DNA from: Cirrosporium novae-zelandiae
Taxonomy: Eukaryota
Direction: 5' to 3'
DNA length: 64,000 bases
NCBI GenBank assembly: GCA_026023565.1
Contig: JAPETS010000019.1
Span: 372,001-436,000 of the forward strand
The notes under the pieces are model-generated. The model saw only the letters and a list, made by a program, of their open reading frames with translations, ran no database searches and was not told the DNA's origin. Of this stretch, positions 1 through 12,498 are shown piece by piece. Position 1 is the first letter of the stretch; every line of letters starts with the position of its first letter. The translations under genes and the position numbers were made by a program.

Positions 1-112
1 AAGACAGTGGTCGCTAGATAAAGCAAGTAAGTGAATAAGTAAGTAATCAATATGAGAACTCTTTTTTTTGGCTCCCTAGATGAGATGAGATCGCTCGGGA
101 ATATTTGTTGTT

Positions 113-149
<37 letters not shown>

Positions 150-1750
150 TAACTGTATATATATACAACCCTGACTCTGTATTTAGATATTCTATATTTC
201 GTATTTCGTATTCCGTATTTCGTATTTCTTAACCTAAGGCTTTTGTGATGCATCGACGTATAACGATAGATATAGTACTACACCTACACCTACTACTAGA
301 ATCAGGAATCAAAAATCAAGGATCTGATATCTACTCTGCTGTAGGCGTTGCAAGCTACAAGTAGAATATTATTATTATAACTTGATCATTTATAGAGTAT
401 AGAAGAAGTGGGGGGGTAAATAAATAAGTCATCAGTCAATGAATAAGGGAGTGAAGGAGGGAAGTGAATGGGGCTTTTGTTTGGTGTGTTTGGTGTAATC
501 TAGAGGCAGGGAGGAGGAAGGAGAGAGGGATACCAAAATTTGAAAAGTGAATTCGGGTTCCATGATTATAATATATATATCCAAGATCCTTCCTTATCAC
601 ACCAAAACATCGTAAGAATATCATAATCATTAGAGCTAATCTATATCCTTATCCTCAGTAAACCAAAAAAAAAGGGAAGAAAAAGGAATAATTAACTTTT
701 TAATAACAGCCAGATAATAATAATCAAGAACTCCCTTATTCCTGATTTTTCTACTTTGCAAAAGGAAAATCTATCTAAGCATGCATGTAGAAAAAAACAA
801 ATCAAATCAAGCAACTAAATAAATTATTTACTGGATAAGATGAAAGGGGAGAAGGGGAGAGCGGATAGTTCCTATACACTTAGACTAGTATATTTGAGCC
901 CTGCCACTCACGGCTCACGGGGTAATACTATACTGCACCATACTATATCGTCCGTTGAGGGTATATCTATAGTAACCCTCCCAGTGTAGTTGTGATTTAT
1001 ACAAGTTACAGTATCTATCCATCCCACTTGCGTGGTTTACTATACTGTACTCTTCTATAATAATTATATTGGAACGGGTTTTTTGATTACTGAATCTTTT
1101 TTCTCTTGAATTGTTGGAATGAATTGTCTTGGAAATGATACTGGGAGGTTCTATGGTTGGGATGGGGTTCTGGATGAGCATGAGCATGAAGCTAGGGTTG
1201 TGGAGATGGTGAATAAGACGCATGTACAGTAAATCCATAAGCAAACTACTAGCTACACAATCATCAAAATCTTCATCCATTCATTTGCCATTTTGTCATG
1301 GTAATCATTTATACTAATTAGCGACAGTTCGTGTACAAGGCAATACCAGTTCATCCATCCATCATTCATTCCCATCCGATATTTCAGTGTGTGTGTGCAA
1401 CCTAAAAGAAGGCCGGCTATAAATAACAAAGTCATTAAACAACATCATTCAACAATAACCAAGATAAAAGGGAGCCCTGCTTTCCTCCTCTCTTCGTCAA
1501 ATACTAAATCCCGAATGGAACGTTGCAAAAAAGTGAAAAGGAAAAAGTAAAAGGGAATGTTAGAGCGTTGTTGTTGTTGTTGTTGCGACTCGGTGAGTCG
1601 CTGCGAGTGTGCCTCCCTTCCCAAGTCTTCAAAATACGTGCGGTGCCAGCCTAGAGCGATAACTTTCAGAGACATACCACCCTCCTTTTTTAAATGCCTT
1701 TGACAGGTACTTTAGTATACTGTACGTCATTACCCTAACTTCTTTTCTCG

Positions 1751-2787
1751 TCAACCGGTTATAGTGTTACTCCCATTCGTACTCAACATCTTCTTCGTAC
1801 TATAATCATCGTGATGTGGTTCGTTCTGATGATAATTTCCAGGCCTTGGCTGAGCCTCGGCATCCATAACATCCCAGTCGTCCCCTGGAACCAATGTTTG
1901 ATAATCGAGGAGATGGAGGAAGCCGTAGAAGCCGGCGGCGAGCATGGAGCCGAGACCAGGTCCTACCCAGTAGATCCAGTCGTAGTGGTTGAATTTATGA
2001 AGAACTACGCTAGGGCCAAAGGAGCGGGCGGGGTTGAGTGAGCCACCTGTGAAGTATACACCTAGAGCCAATTGTGAGTTTATTTGGTCACATAGGTAGG
2101 TGGGAAGAGAAGGGAAAGGAAATGCAAGGAGATGAGAAGAACTTACCACTTAGCTCCGCAATGAATAAGCTCAATCCGATACCCACACAGCTGATATATC
2201 TGCCCTTGTGTCTCTTTGCAGCCAACATGAAAATCGTCAAGGCCAATTGCGCAGTCAGAAACATTTCAATAAAGAGACCGCGAACAATTGATGTGCCTCC
2301 TCCAAGGGAAGTTTGCACCGCAAGAGGACCTGGCAGAAGAGCTGAGACAACGCCCGCAGCTGCCATGCCGCCTAAAATTTGGGCGAATGTGACCAGGCAT
2401 CCCCTAACAGGTGGAAGAGCGCGGATAAGAACTAGACCGAGGGATACCTGGACATGGTTAGTAGGAGAAAAGAAAAGAATATAGTAAATTTCAAACCGCT
2501 GGATTGAACAGTCCACCTGTGACTCGAAAGAAGATCCACACATTGACAGTGAGGGAGAAAGCAAATGATAAACTGATATATAGGAGCTTGGATGGATCTG
2601 GTAGTTGCTGGACCTTTGAGGATGTCGTATTTGGTGACACTGACATATTGGCAACTTGGGTGCCTGCGAAAGCAAAGAAGAGGAACAAAAAGGTTCCAGC
2701 AAATTCTCCAGACATTGCGATAAGCTCTTCTCTGACCCGTCTAGGGATGAAGTGAAGGGGTGAACGGCGTTCGTTTTCCATAGTCAT
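1751..2787 (-). CDS. Aquaporin (MIP family), 3 exons: 2787-2497, 2447-2147, 2061-1751
   Basis: Spliced translation has GEFAGTFLFLFFAF, GGLFNPAV and GGSLNPARSFGP (both NPA motifs) and WIYWVGP; both introns are GT..AG. Confidence 0.95.
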
Positions 2788-4992
2788 AGTGATATGAAAA
2801 CGATATCGCAACTAGGCGATCGAATGGCAGTGAATATATACTTTTGTAGAATAAGGGCTTGTGTCTGAGGGCTTGAAAGAAGAGCTCCTCATTTGGGAGA
2901 GGGGATGATGCTTTATAGCTGAGAGAGATACAACTGCTTTCAGGAACGTGTGGCTTCTTGCGTCCAGCCTTGGCCTTCAGCTCTCAATCAGTAAATAAAT
3001 GCACCAAACTTCCGGGTCCATGACAGCTATGGTTGGGCATTACAGCATCTCAAGCTTTGGAACAGCTCCCAGAAGGAGAGGGGCGCAATTGGTGCGCGGA
3101 AATGTGTGGTTCCATCTCCTCTGCTGTAAAATCCATGAGGTACTTGCTGTGCCCTAAAGTCAAATTACCCCACCATTTGATCACTACCACTCAATGAGTC
3201 GTCTATAGAAGAAGAAATTTGGAAATTGGCGTATGCCAATGAACTATTCATTATAGAATTCACAAGTCAAACCTATTGTTCTTTAGTTAATGCAGCCTAT
3301 TAATCGGTAGGATAACTCGCCCCAATTTACTGCCAAGTTCCTTGAAGGCTGTCAACGGTATCCCAACTTAGCTATATTCAAGAGCCAAGGTGGATATGGT
3401 CAAAGCATCTTCGAGGCAGATCCAAACGTTTTCGATGGAAGTAAAACCCGGGTCGTTCAGTAACCACATATATCATGACGAAATCATTGCGGAACAATGA
3501 ATGATTTGCCCGATAAAGGTGAGGCTTAGAAACCGAACATGGAGAATACAGATATGTCCCTTGGATCTTCCAAACGGTTGTGACGGAAGCATTGTCGCAG
3601 GTTACGCAAAAGTCGGTAAATTCATAAAAAAGGGAGTCAAATATGGACTCGTCGGCCCTTCTGGTCAGGGATTCCTTTTGTGACCCAGCGATCGATCGCC
3701 TTCGCATGCCTCTTGATACGAACCATAATCACGACTCATGACAAGTGAAATGGCGAGTGATAGGGAAATTTCCTCAGTCATGACTTGATTATCGGGTCCA
3801 GGTAGAAAAATGCAGGGAGCCTTCAAGGAACAAGGTGCTTATCTTGATATTTGACCTCGGTATGAATGAAGCTGCTTAGAACAATCGATGATGAAAAGGA
3901 TAGATGCTCCATGCGCTTAAGCAATCATGCCCAAAATCTCCAAGATCTCTTGATGGTTACGCTGCAGCTGCAGCTTACCATATCTGTCAGCACCAACCAC
4001 CACCAGACCAACAACCATTAATTCCAGTAAAATCTCCAAGCGAGGTTTTATGTAAGAAATATATTAATTAATTCCATCAAAACGGCTTCTAACATGAGAT
4101 AGGATGGCAATATGCTTAAGCAGAAATACCTAAAGGCCATGCACTTCGGTGGTACTGAGAGATTCCGGCAACAAAACTGTCAAAAACGCAAAACAAGACA
4201 CAGGTATAGTATTGGAGATGCGTTAAGCAAGTAAGACTAAGCATAGCATAGAACCCCACTCTCTTGTTTCAAAGCGTACGAAGTATTTTTCCGAAATACA
4301 GTCACCCGCTTTGCTAAAAGCTGATATCTGCTGCCCCAGTTCTCGGAGACTTTTGAGGCTAAACCAACCCTGTCAATATAAGGATGAAGAACACCACATA
4401 TCAGCTGTTCAGTGGGGCAATTCGGTAGACCGCCATATATGAAAAGTGGTAAGTTTCCTGCTTACCGAGAGAACATGTGCACCGTAAAGAACATGGGGTG
4501 GATGTAATCCAGATGATCAAGGTCATAAATGTGCGATAGAATCTCAAACTGTAAGGCCATGATTGCAGATCTCCGGATCGAGGAGAGGCTAGAGCTTAGC
4601 CAAAATATGAAGAGGATGGTCAAAAAGAAATGAAGGAATTAAAGAGGCTATCCGGGTAGACTGTCAGCCACTATCCTTTTCTTTTTCATCGCTGTTCCGA
4701 GCCAGATGCATGGAAAGATGCATTCAGAAGGTATCCGGGTACTTGGGGAAACACTCACATGAGAACCATGTAAAGCCTTGCCGCAATAGATTTGCACAAC
4801 CATCTGCCCTTGTATGTCCATCGGTGAAGTGATCTTATATTGCTTGATGTTTACGATGAGGTTGACATGAGGTTGACACAAAGTGAGGGGATAGACACTC
4901 GAAACTGAACACAGAATGTAATTTAGAAAGTAGAGATAGTGTTAATCAATGAAATGAAAAGAAGAGAGAGAGAAAAACACCAAGATAAGATG

Positions 4993-5062
4993 GGGATAAT
5001 CCGAGGTGGGATAATCCGAGGTGGGATAATCCGAGGTGGGATAATCCAAGGTGGGATAATCC
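4993..5062. repeat. 15-bp minisatellite (GGGATAATCCGAGGT) x ~4.7
   Basis: Read directly; near-identical units (fourth has CCAAG). Confidence 0.95.
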
Positions 5063-6170
5063 TAGATGTTGACGTTACACAGCATTTTATTCTCCTCCGA
5101 TGGGAATTAATTTCATAAATTCAAACAAAGTAGGAAAGGATGTTCCAGTGAAGCTTTATGACCAGGTTGGTTCAATTCCTCCTGAATTAGACTACATATT
5201 ACATATTACATACTACAAATCTATAAATATCTACTTTTTTGACTTTTAATAATTTATCCTATGAAATCAAGAAAAATTGAAAGTGGTTCGTTGGCACTAC
5301 TGATGATCTGCGTCGAGGCAGCATGTTCCTCGTCCCCAGATAGATTTCACAACGGTTATATCGTTCTCGTGATGTGGTACTGGGTTGACCCTTGTTTCTT
5401 GGTTGTTCCTTTTTATCATCCAACTATTACTTTAGATAGCCAAGCCGCTCACCCTTCCCCTCTTCTAACACACCGTTGGTCCTCGTGGACGCGAGGTCAT
5501 AGTCGTATGATTTCCTAACAACATTCAGAGACATCCAATGAAGTAGATGCAGATCCGATGATATTTCAAATCAATATAATTGGGCTTTATTATTGACACG
5601 AGCCCCGCCGCCCTTGGGGGCCAGACTTTTCCCAGCCAAATATAATTCCCTCCACCGACTCCACACATCTTTGTCGATTTTTTCCTCTGTAGATCATTTC
5701 CAACATGGGTGGACCAGGACCGTAGTAATTTCAATCAATGTGCCCTTTTACATGTCCATTCAATTACCATTTCAAATGGCACAGACTCGGATGAGCTGGA
5801 GTTGAGAGGAAAATCACCAGTGGCTCATGTCGTGTCCAAAATTTTCAAGTGCGCTTATGGTTTCCAGTCGGGGAACTTCATTTTAGTTACTAGCTAGTTA
5901 TTTAATATATTAGAAAGCACCAATGTATTCTTATCAGTACGCTTTTGAACAAGCGTCGAAACTCCACTCCTAGATGAAAGCACCAAATATGCAACGTATA
6001 CGAAAGCAAGGAACACATCTCTAGATATGATAGAGTATCGTGAAAGGTATGCCCGCAAATAGACTAACGTGCTTGATCAACCACAAAGCAAAGGGCACCG
6101 AAAATAGGAAGAAAGGCCAATGATGAGCACCATGAACCAGAGAATAGTAAAGTACACTCACCTCCTTTCT

Positions 6171-8233
6171 CTACTCGTCTACAACCCTTCTCGCATACTC
6201 CACATCATCCCAACCAGCTTCCCAGATACTCTTGATTCTCAATACCCACCGTCGACAGGCTAGCTCTCTCTCCAATTTCCCTACCGCTCTACAAATTTTT
6301 CCTGTTGTCCTACCTCCTAAGAACGTCTTTCCATCGGCTTCCCACAAGGCTGAGCCCCTCCATCCCTCCCACATCCCATTCATGAAAGGGGGTCTGTGCG
6401 GGTGAAACAAGTCTGCAAATTGAAAGTGTTGTACCCACGGGCCAGGAGAGGTTATAACGGAGGAGAAAGTCACCAATGCATAAAGTTCGATCAAACAATT
6501 GGTAGGTATTTTCTGGCAAGAAGATGCAGCATTTATAGCATCTCCAATTCGGAAACAGGTTCGGAGAACAATACTCGGGTTAACACCGATGATAGGGGAA
6601 CGGTCTTTCAATGGCTGAGGGAACCGAGGTCTAGTTATCGGAATCAGGGCTTTCGAACGTGGATTGGCCACGCTTTTTAGCAAAGGGTCCACCGCAATTG
6701 AAGAATCTGCTTTCAATCCCAGGGACTTGGTACTTTTCAGACCACTCCGAGATGGCTTATCAACTACCACGGGTAGAATAGGGCTTGAGACCCGGAGAGG
6801 CGATGGCTTGGCGAGATCAGTAGCTTCAAGTTCTGAAAGAGCATCTCTAACAAAAGACCAGTCTTCATCTATGCAACTTGATGGTGTGCTATCGTCGATC
6901 GTGTAAGCGCTGTTGGTTGAATTAAGAATATGTCGATTAATTAAATGAACAGGAGAAGAATATGTTGACTTATGTTGATTTCTTTCCGAAGTTTCACCCA
7001 CCGAGCTAGGAGGGGGTGATCCGAATAGATTGCAATCGTAGGTTTCATTTGTCTGAGAGTTATCGTCGAGAGGGAATTGAAGGTTGCTAGGTGGTGTGAA
7101 GGCTTCCTTGACCACTGCTAATTGAGCAGCTTCTTCAATGGCATCTTCGTCCATTGGGTATTCGTCATCTGAAATACTTATCATCGTGTACTCTTGAAGA
7201 TTAAGTTCGGCATTTCGGAAGTTTGCGACTACATCGCATTGATCTACAAGAGAAGGTTGTTTATACTTATCAAGTTTTGTATTTGCTTCTTCCTGCCAAG
7301 CTAGCTCTGAGTCAAAATCTGTATCATGGCGTGGCTCTCTATTGGATCTCATTGAAAACTTAGTTCGATTGATGTCCACAGTATTTGGCACTGGCCATAC
7401 TTCAGGAATGGCTTTTTCAAATCCCCTAGGAGTAAGGTCGCCAAGAGTAGCTGTGTAAGATGATGAAATTCTGGGGGGTCGAGTAAATCTACCGTCTTCC
7501 CAAAGTTGAGCCGGCAACTTGTGCTCAAATTGATCACCCTTTCGCCTACTTTCGAAAGTACAGTTGTTCATGAAGGTTTCCACTGGCTCATGGTAGCGGA
7601 AGATAGCCAGCTTTTGTTTTGTTGTTGGATTCAGCTCAAAATCTGAGGCTTGGGTGATCATGCCATCATTGCCACGACTCTTTTCGATTGGATCCACATA
7701 TCTCTTTGAAATGTGGGGTTTTGTAGAAGTCATACCACTAGACGGTTCATCAACAGTCTTCTGCTTTTTCTCGGCTACATTTCTACGGTTGCTTTGAGAT
7801 TTTTGATCCGAACCCACTAGTCTTTTCTTTGAGGATATTAGTGTTGTTTTTATTGGGGTCTTCCTTTTCTGAGAAGTGTCCGAGGCCTAGGAAAGGTTAG
7901 TAATGATATCATAAGCGCAATTGTTCGAGGGAAAATATAACATATGCTAGCAATATTATATAGACGTACATTGTTAAGTCCAGGTGTAGCAGCAGTGAAC
8001 ATTGCCTCCCTACTCTCATATATATGTAATTTCTTTCCCTCAAATCCGTTCACTGGAGTGAAATTGGAAGTCAGGTCATTTTTCGGGAAAGTTATGTTGT
8101 CTTCAGGAAACGAGATAGGCCTTCTTGACCTGTCTAGAATGATAAGAAACTGAGCGAACCAGAAAATAAGAAGGCATTCTTACGGTAACGAGGCATTGTC
8201 CTTCTTTTCTGGCAGTTTAGCTCTTCGTCCCAT
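6171..8233 (-). CDS. Hypothetical protein, long disordered N-terminus and C-terminal OB-fold-like domain (SPATA22/RPA32-like candidate); 3 exons
   Basis: ATG at 8233 (MGRRAKLPEKK), GTAAGA and GTACGT donors and a CTAAC..TAG acceptor join in frame to the 548-aa ORF; C-terminal LRTCFRIG..IELYALV..QHFQFADLF..CRAVGKL..IKSIW region. Gene is well supported; fold call is inference. Confidence 0.8.
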
Positions 8234-8603
8234 GTTGGTCGGTGTCATGAACTACCACGAAATAGACACAGAAAACGAGGGAACATCCATCAATGGCATA
8301 TCATGATATTATAGAATTGAGCCTCGAATATCGCATTGGAGATGAGAATGAGGTTGAAGTTAAGAATGTCTTAGTTGAATAGCTAGGTATCTAGTGAGGG
8401 ATAGATCAAGACTAGTCAAGAAGATGGAGGGGTATTCTCTGGCAGGGATTCTCATAGGGCTGGAACCCCTGGCCCCTCCAAAGATTCCCCCGAATCCCCG
8501 ATATCCCGAGGGGCGAGCTTCATAGATTTTATCCCATCCTGTCTGTTGAGACTCTTCAATCTACTGTTATTGCATATCTGTACTGATTGAAACCCAATGC
8601 AAT

Positions 8604-11411
8604 ATGGCAGACTCCAGCGAAAACCAAGCATCACGACCTAAATGCAGCGCTCCCGAACTCCTTCTCAAGTTAGTGCTTGTAGGAACTCAAAGCCACTTTG
8701 AACACCCCGGTTTACTCGATGAAAAGCGAATGGATCATGCCCTACAAGCTGGAAAACAAGTCATGATCAAGACTCAGAAACAAGCAGAAGTCAGACAAGC
8801 TTTGGGATTCTCGCGGAATGTCTGGGTCGAACTTACGGAAGTTTTCAAGAAGGCAATGCCAGCCTTGGAGAAAAGATCATTTGTGCCTCTTGATGGATCG
8901 GACACCACCTGTGACCAGCTATCGTCTACTTTAATAGCTGTCCATTACTCTTCACTGCTCAAGGACATTGAACGCCTTAACGACTTTTGTACCATTGCTA
9001 GAAATCTCTTGGCCACTGACGAGAGAGCCCAAAATCTTGCTGCAGAAGTTGGCTTCGACACTCAGATACTCAAGCTCATCGATATATGTGTGAGGGTTAC
9101 TGCTCGTGTTTACGATGGGGAACAAGGAACAAGAAATGAAGAGAAATATCAGAAGATTGTTCACCTCTACAAGCGCCTTCTCATTACATGTCTTCAGTTC
9201 CTACACAATTCTATCATGGGCAATGAACAACGAAAGTTAATATTATGGCTGGATCTTTTCGGCAATGCTCAAGCTATGGAACCTTATCCTGAGGTTCCAG
9301 GTGAGGCTGCAGTTTCTGCACAAGAACTTCGGACTGAAGTTGAAGTTGTCACGGATCCAAGGAAGCCCCAGGGCCCCGAGGACATGGACAAATGGCCGCC
9401 TAGTATCAAAGACCTTCACTTTGCGCTGAATGCTCTCAGCGATCCTAGGAAGCCTCCAATTGGGATGTCGGCAGATGAAGCAAAAATGCTAGCTGATAAA
9501 GTTCGTGAAAACATCGAAAGGATATCCGGATTGACCATTGAACAGCTACGTGACCTTGATATGTCTGCCTATAGTAAGGAGAGCATTATGGGCAGTGGGC
9601 CACTCAAGATCCAGGTAGAAGCTACGCCTGTCGGTACCACAGGTGAGACTGGCTCGGACTCCCAGCAAGACGCCGCATCATCGGACAAGCCGATTGTGTC
9701 TGCTCAAGCACGGGTTTATAGTCAAGCGCGGTTCTGGGATTGGACCAAATTACCAGATTCCACTCTTTACTCACCCAAGGCCAGTGCCGAAATCCAAGAG
9801 GAAGACATAATAATTCGACCCACACCACAATCTGCCGCCAAGACCCTTCAAGAAGCCAAAGACCAAGTCATGGCTCGGCTTCAAGAGCCGATTGTGGAAG
9901 ACAACCTTGAAACAAAGCTTTCCAACGGTGATGGGAATATACAAGACGAACTGGATGCGGATGAAAATGTGGAGGATGAAGAGGATGAAGATGATGATGA
10001 GTATCATGAAGCAGGAAGTCAAGACCGTGGTTTACTTACTGATATTCCTCTTATCCTGGGCCCACAGGAAATCGAAGCGTTGCCAATGATTATCCAGGCA
10101 GGAATCGTTGAACACCTTGGCTCCAAGAGCAATGACGAGGAAGGGGAAAATTCGAGGAATATGCAAGCTGTGCGATGCCATATCCTCTTAGCACAGGAAA
10201 CAGGACGCAGCCTTCTCCGAGAGCTCCTTATTTTCATCGCCGCCTGGGATCTCCCCGAAGACGAATTCTATTTCAAGATGATGGTACAGATAATGGATGC
10301 CATCCTGCAAAACGGCCTCATGCCCTTGGCATATCAAAGCTTCGGACAATCCAAAGATATCATCTCTCCAGCACAGGCAGTCCTCATCAAAATCCTCACC
10401 CACATCTTCCGTTCCAAAGGCTCCCCCCAACAATCCACTAACTCCATCCAGCCAGCTGGCAATGCCCCTCCTCGTAATCCCTGCACCCTCACCCGCGTCG
10501 ACGTCCTCATCGTCCGCCACATCTTCACCGTCTTCCGTCAATCCATCATCCCGGAAACATGCGCCCTGATCTACCTCCAGGGCCGCATCCGTGCCGGGCA
10601 CGCCTTGCCAGAAGACTTCCCCCTCAACCTATGGGACATGGAACGCGTCTACGAAGGGGTGTATCAATTCCTGGAATTCTTCGCCGTGCTCACCGAAAGC
10701 AACGACTGGAAGGGCCTCCTGGTCAAATGGGAAATCATCAGCGAGCTCGTCACCCTGCTACGCGAACTCGACCAGAGCATACCCAAAGCCCCCCTTTCAT
10801 CTTCCCAATCCACCAAACACCCCGACGACCCCCACCGAGAACCCCACCAAGAACAAGACCAAGAACACGAACACAACCTCGACGGCTCACCCTCATCCCA
10901 CCACAACCACGCCACCGTCCCCGTAGCAGTCGAACGACCCTACGACCCCATCCCCCCAACCTCCCCAACCAACCCCCCCATCTCCTCCCCCTCCTCCCCG
11001 CCCCTAGGAACCGAAGACCCCTCAGACTTCGAATGGCGCAACCTCAAAAAACTAGTCGTCCTCGTCATCTCCTCCCTCGTCTGGAAATCCCCCTCGGTGC
11101 AAACCCAAGTCCGAAAATACGGCGGCGTCGAAATGATTTTATCTTGCTGCAACTACGACGCGCACAACCCGTATATCAGGGAGCACGCGATCATGTGCCT
11201 ACGGTTCTTGCTCGAGGGCAATCTGGAGAATCAGGATATTGTTAATGCGTTGGAGGCTAGGAGGGTCGTGCCGGATGAGGTGCTGGATAAGAGGGGGTAT
11301 GAGACTTTTATTGATGGGAATGGGAAGGTTGGGTTGAGGAGGAAGGAGGGCGGGGTTGCTGTTGCGGTTGTTGAGGATGCTGGCGGGGATGTGGACGAGC
11401 AGGTGGATTGA
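8604..11411 (+). CDS. Ataxin-10 / Ctr86-like armadillo-type protein
   Basis: 935-aa single ORF; C-terminal VQTQVRKYGGVEMILSCC..DAHNPYIREHAIMCLRFLLEGNLENQ matches the ataxin-10 C-terminal domain signature. Confidence 0.88.
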   Translation: MADSSENQASRPKCSAPELLLKLVLVGTQSHFEHPGLLDEKRMDHALQAGKQVMIKTQKQAEVRQALGFSRNVWVELTEVFKKAMPALEKRSFVPLDGSDTTCDQLSSTLIAVHYSSLLKDIERLNDFCTIARNLLATDERAQNLAAEVGFDTQILKLIDICVRVTARVYDGEQGTRNEEKYQKIVHLYKRLLITCLQFLHNSIMGNEQRKLILWLDLFGNAQAMEPYPEVPGEAAVSAQELRTEVEVVTDPRKPQGPEDMDKWPPSIKDLHFALNALSDPRKPPIGMSADEAKMLADKVRENIERISGLTIEQLRDLDMSAYSKESIMGSGPLKIQVEATPVGTTGETGSDSQQDAASSDKPIVSAQARVYSQARFWDWTKLPDSTLYSPKASAEIQEEDIIIRPTPQSAAKTLQEAKDQVMARLQEPIVEDNLETKLSNGDGNIQDELDADENVEDEEDEDDDEYHEAGSQDRGLLTDIPLILGPQEIEALPMIIQAGIVEHLGSKSNDEEGENSRNMQAVRCHILLAQETGRSLLRELLIFIAAWDLPEDEFYFKMMVQIMDAILQNGLMPLAYQSFGQSKDIISPAQAVLIKILTHIFRSKGSPQQSTNSIQPAGNAPPRNPCTLTRVDVLIVRHIFTVFRQSIIPETCALIYLQGRIRAGHALPEDFPLNLWDMERVYEGVYQFLEFFAVLTESNDWKGLLVKWEIISELVTLLRELDQSIPKAPLSSSQSTKHPDDPHREPHQEQDQEHEHNLDGSPSSHHNHATVPVAVERPYDPIPPTSPTNPPISSPSSPPLGTEDPSDFEWRNLKKLVVLVISSLVWKSPSVQTQVRKYGGVEMILSCCNYDAHNPYIREHAIMCLRFLLEGNLENQDIVNALEARRVVPDEVLDKRGYETFIDGNGKVGLRRKEGGVAVAVVEDAGGDVDEQVD

Positions 11412-12498
11412 TTAGGTCGATAGGTTGGCTAGCTGGCTGGCTAGGCTAGGCCACTTGATGAATATGCTAATTACAGTTATTATAGACCAGGGGTAAAAAA
11501 AGGGAAAGGAAAGCAAAAAAAAAGCAGACATAATTACATACCTACCTACTTACCTATCTCACCAACAACCCCCCAAAAAAAAGAAACAAAAAACCAAAAA
11601 ACCAGAACCCCCAGAACCATCCCTCCCAAAAGAAAAAAGACTGGTATTTTTTTTAAAAATAACTTTCTTCTACTTCCTCATACCTATACCCTACTACTAC
11701 TTTAATCTACCGATACATACATAAATGCATCCTCCCCCCCCCCGACTTCTTCTTCCCTATCCCGTATTCTCTCTTCCCATATCCCCTCAAAAAAAAAGAG
11801 GGAGAGAGAGAGAAAGAGAGAGAAAGGAAAAACAAATGCAAAATGCAAAAATCCCATATCCCCATGCTAATGCATAACATGTAAACAATAATGCTGATGA
11901 TTGATGGTGATGATAAAGGGATGGCAGTAGGGGAAATAAAAGTACTTCACCTCCTACTCACCTCTAAAATCCTCAACCCCCAAGTCTCCTCTAAGATCTT
12001 TCAATTCTCCAATATCACCCTCTCACACCCTTTCAAAAAAAAAAACAAATGACCCCCCCCCCCCCCCAACCCCAAACCACTTTCTCCAAAAAGCGCCATT
12101 GCTAATACCAAAACCCAAAAATGGATTTCTCATCCACAAAGTGAATATGGAAATATAGAGATGAAAAAAAAAAACGCCAGCCACGCTATATGCATTATAC
12201 ATGCAATGCAGTCAGTAAGGGGGTTAAGTAACCAAGTAAGCAAGTAGACATATTTCCATCTGTCCGCCAATCCGGCCGTCCATCCATAGATCCGTCGCTC
12301 CGATCCCGAAGCAAGAAAAAAAATTACGATTCCTAGGATTAGTATTCGTAAATAATATGTATGCATGAGTGTGTGTGTGCGTGTGTGAGAGTGTGAGAGT
12401 GTGTGTATGAGTGCGTGAGTGTATACCGAACAATCTTGTATCCAATCCAATCAGACAGAATACAGTTGTTTACAGTAAGTAGTCTTTTCGCATGAGAC

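Noticed and set aside
4993..5062. CRISPR-like array
   Set aside because: Contiguous units with no spacers, in a eukaryotic context.
3300..5900. Short ORFs upstream of the aquaporin
   Set aside because: No motifs, frequent stops, no coherent exon chain.
10175..11245. Many overlapping alternative-frame and antisense ORFs inside the ataxin-10 gene (also in the membrane, CHY and DUF1752 genes)
   Set aside because: Explained by strong C-ending codon bias depleting stop codons; the translations are low complexity.
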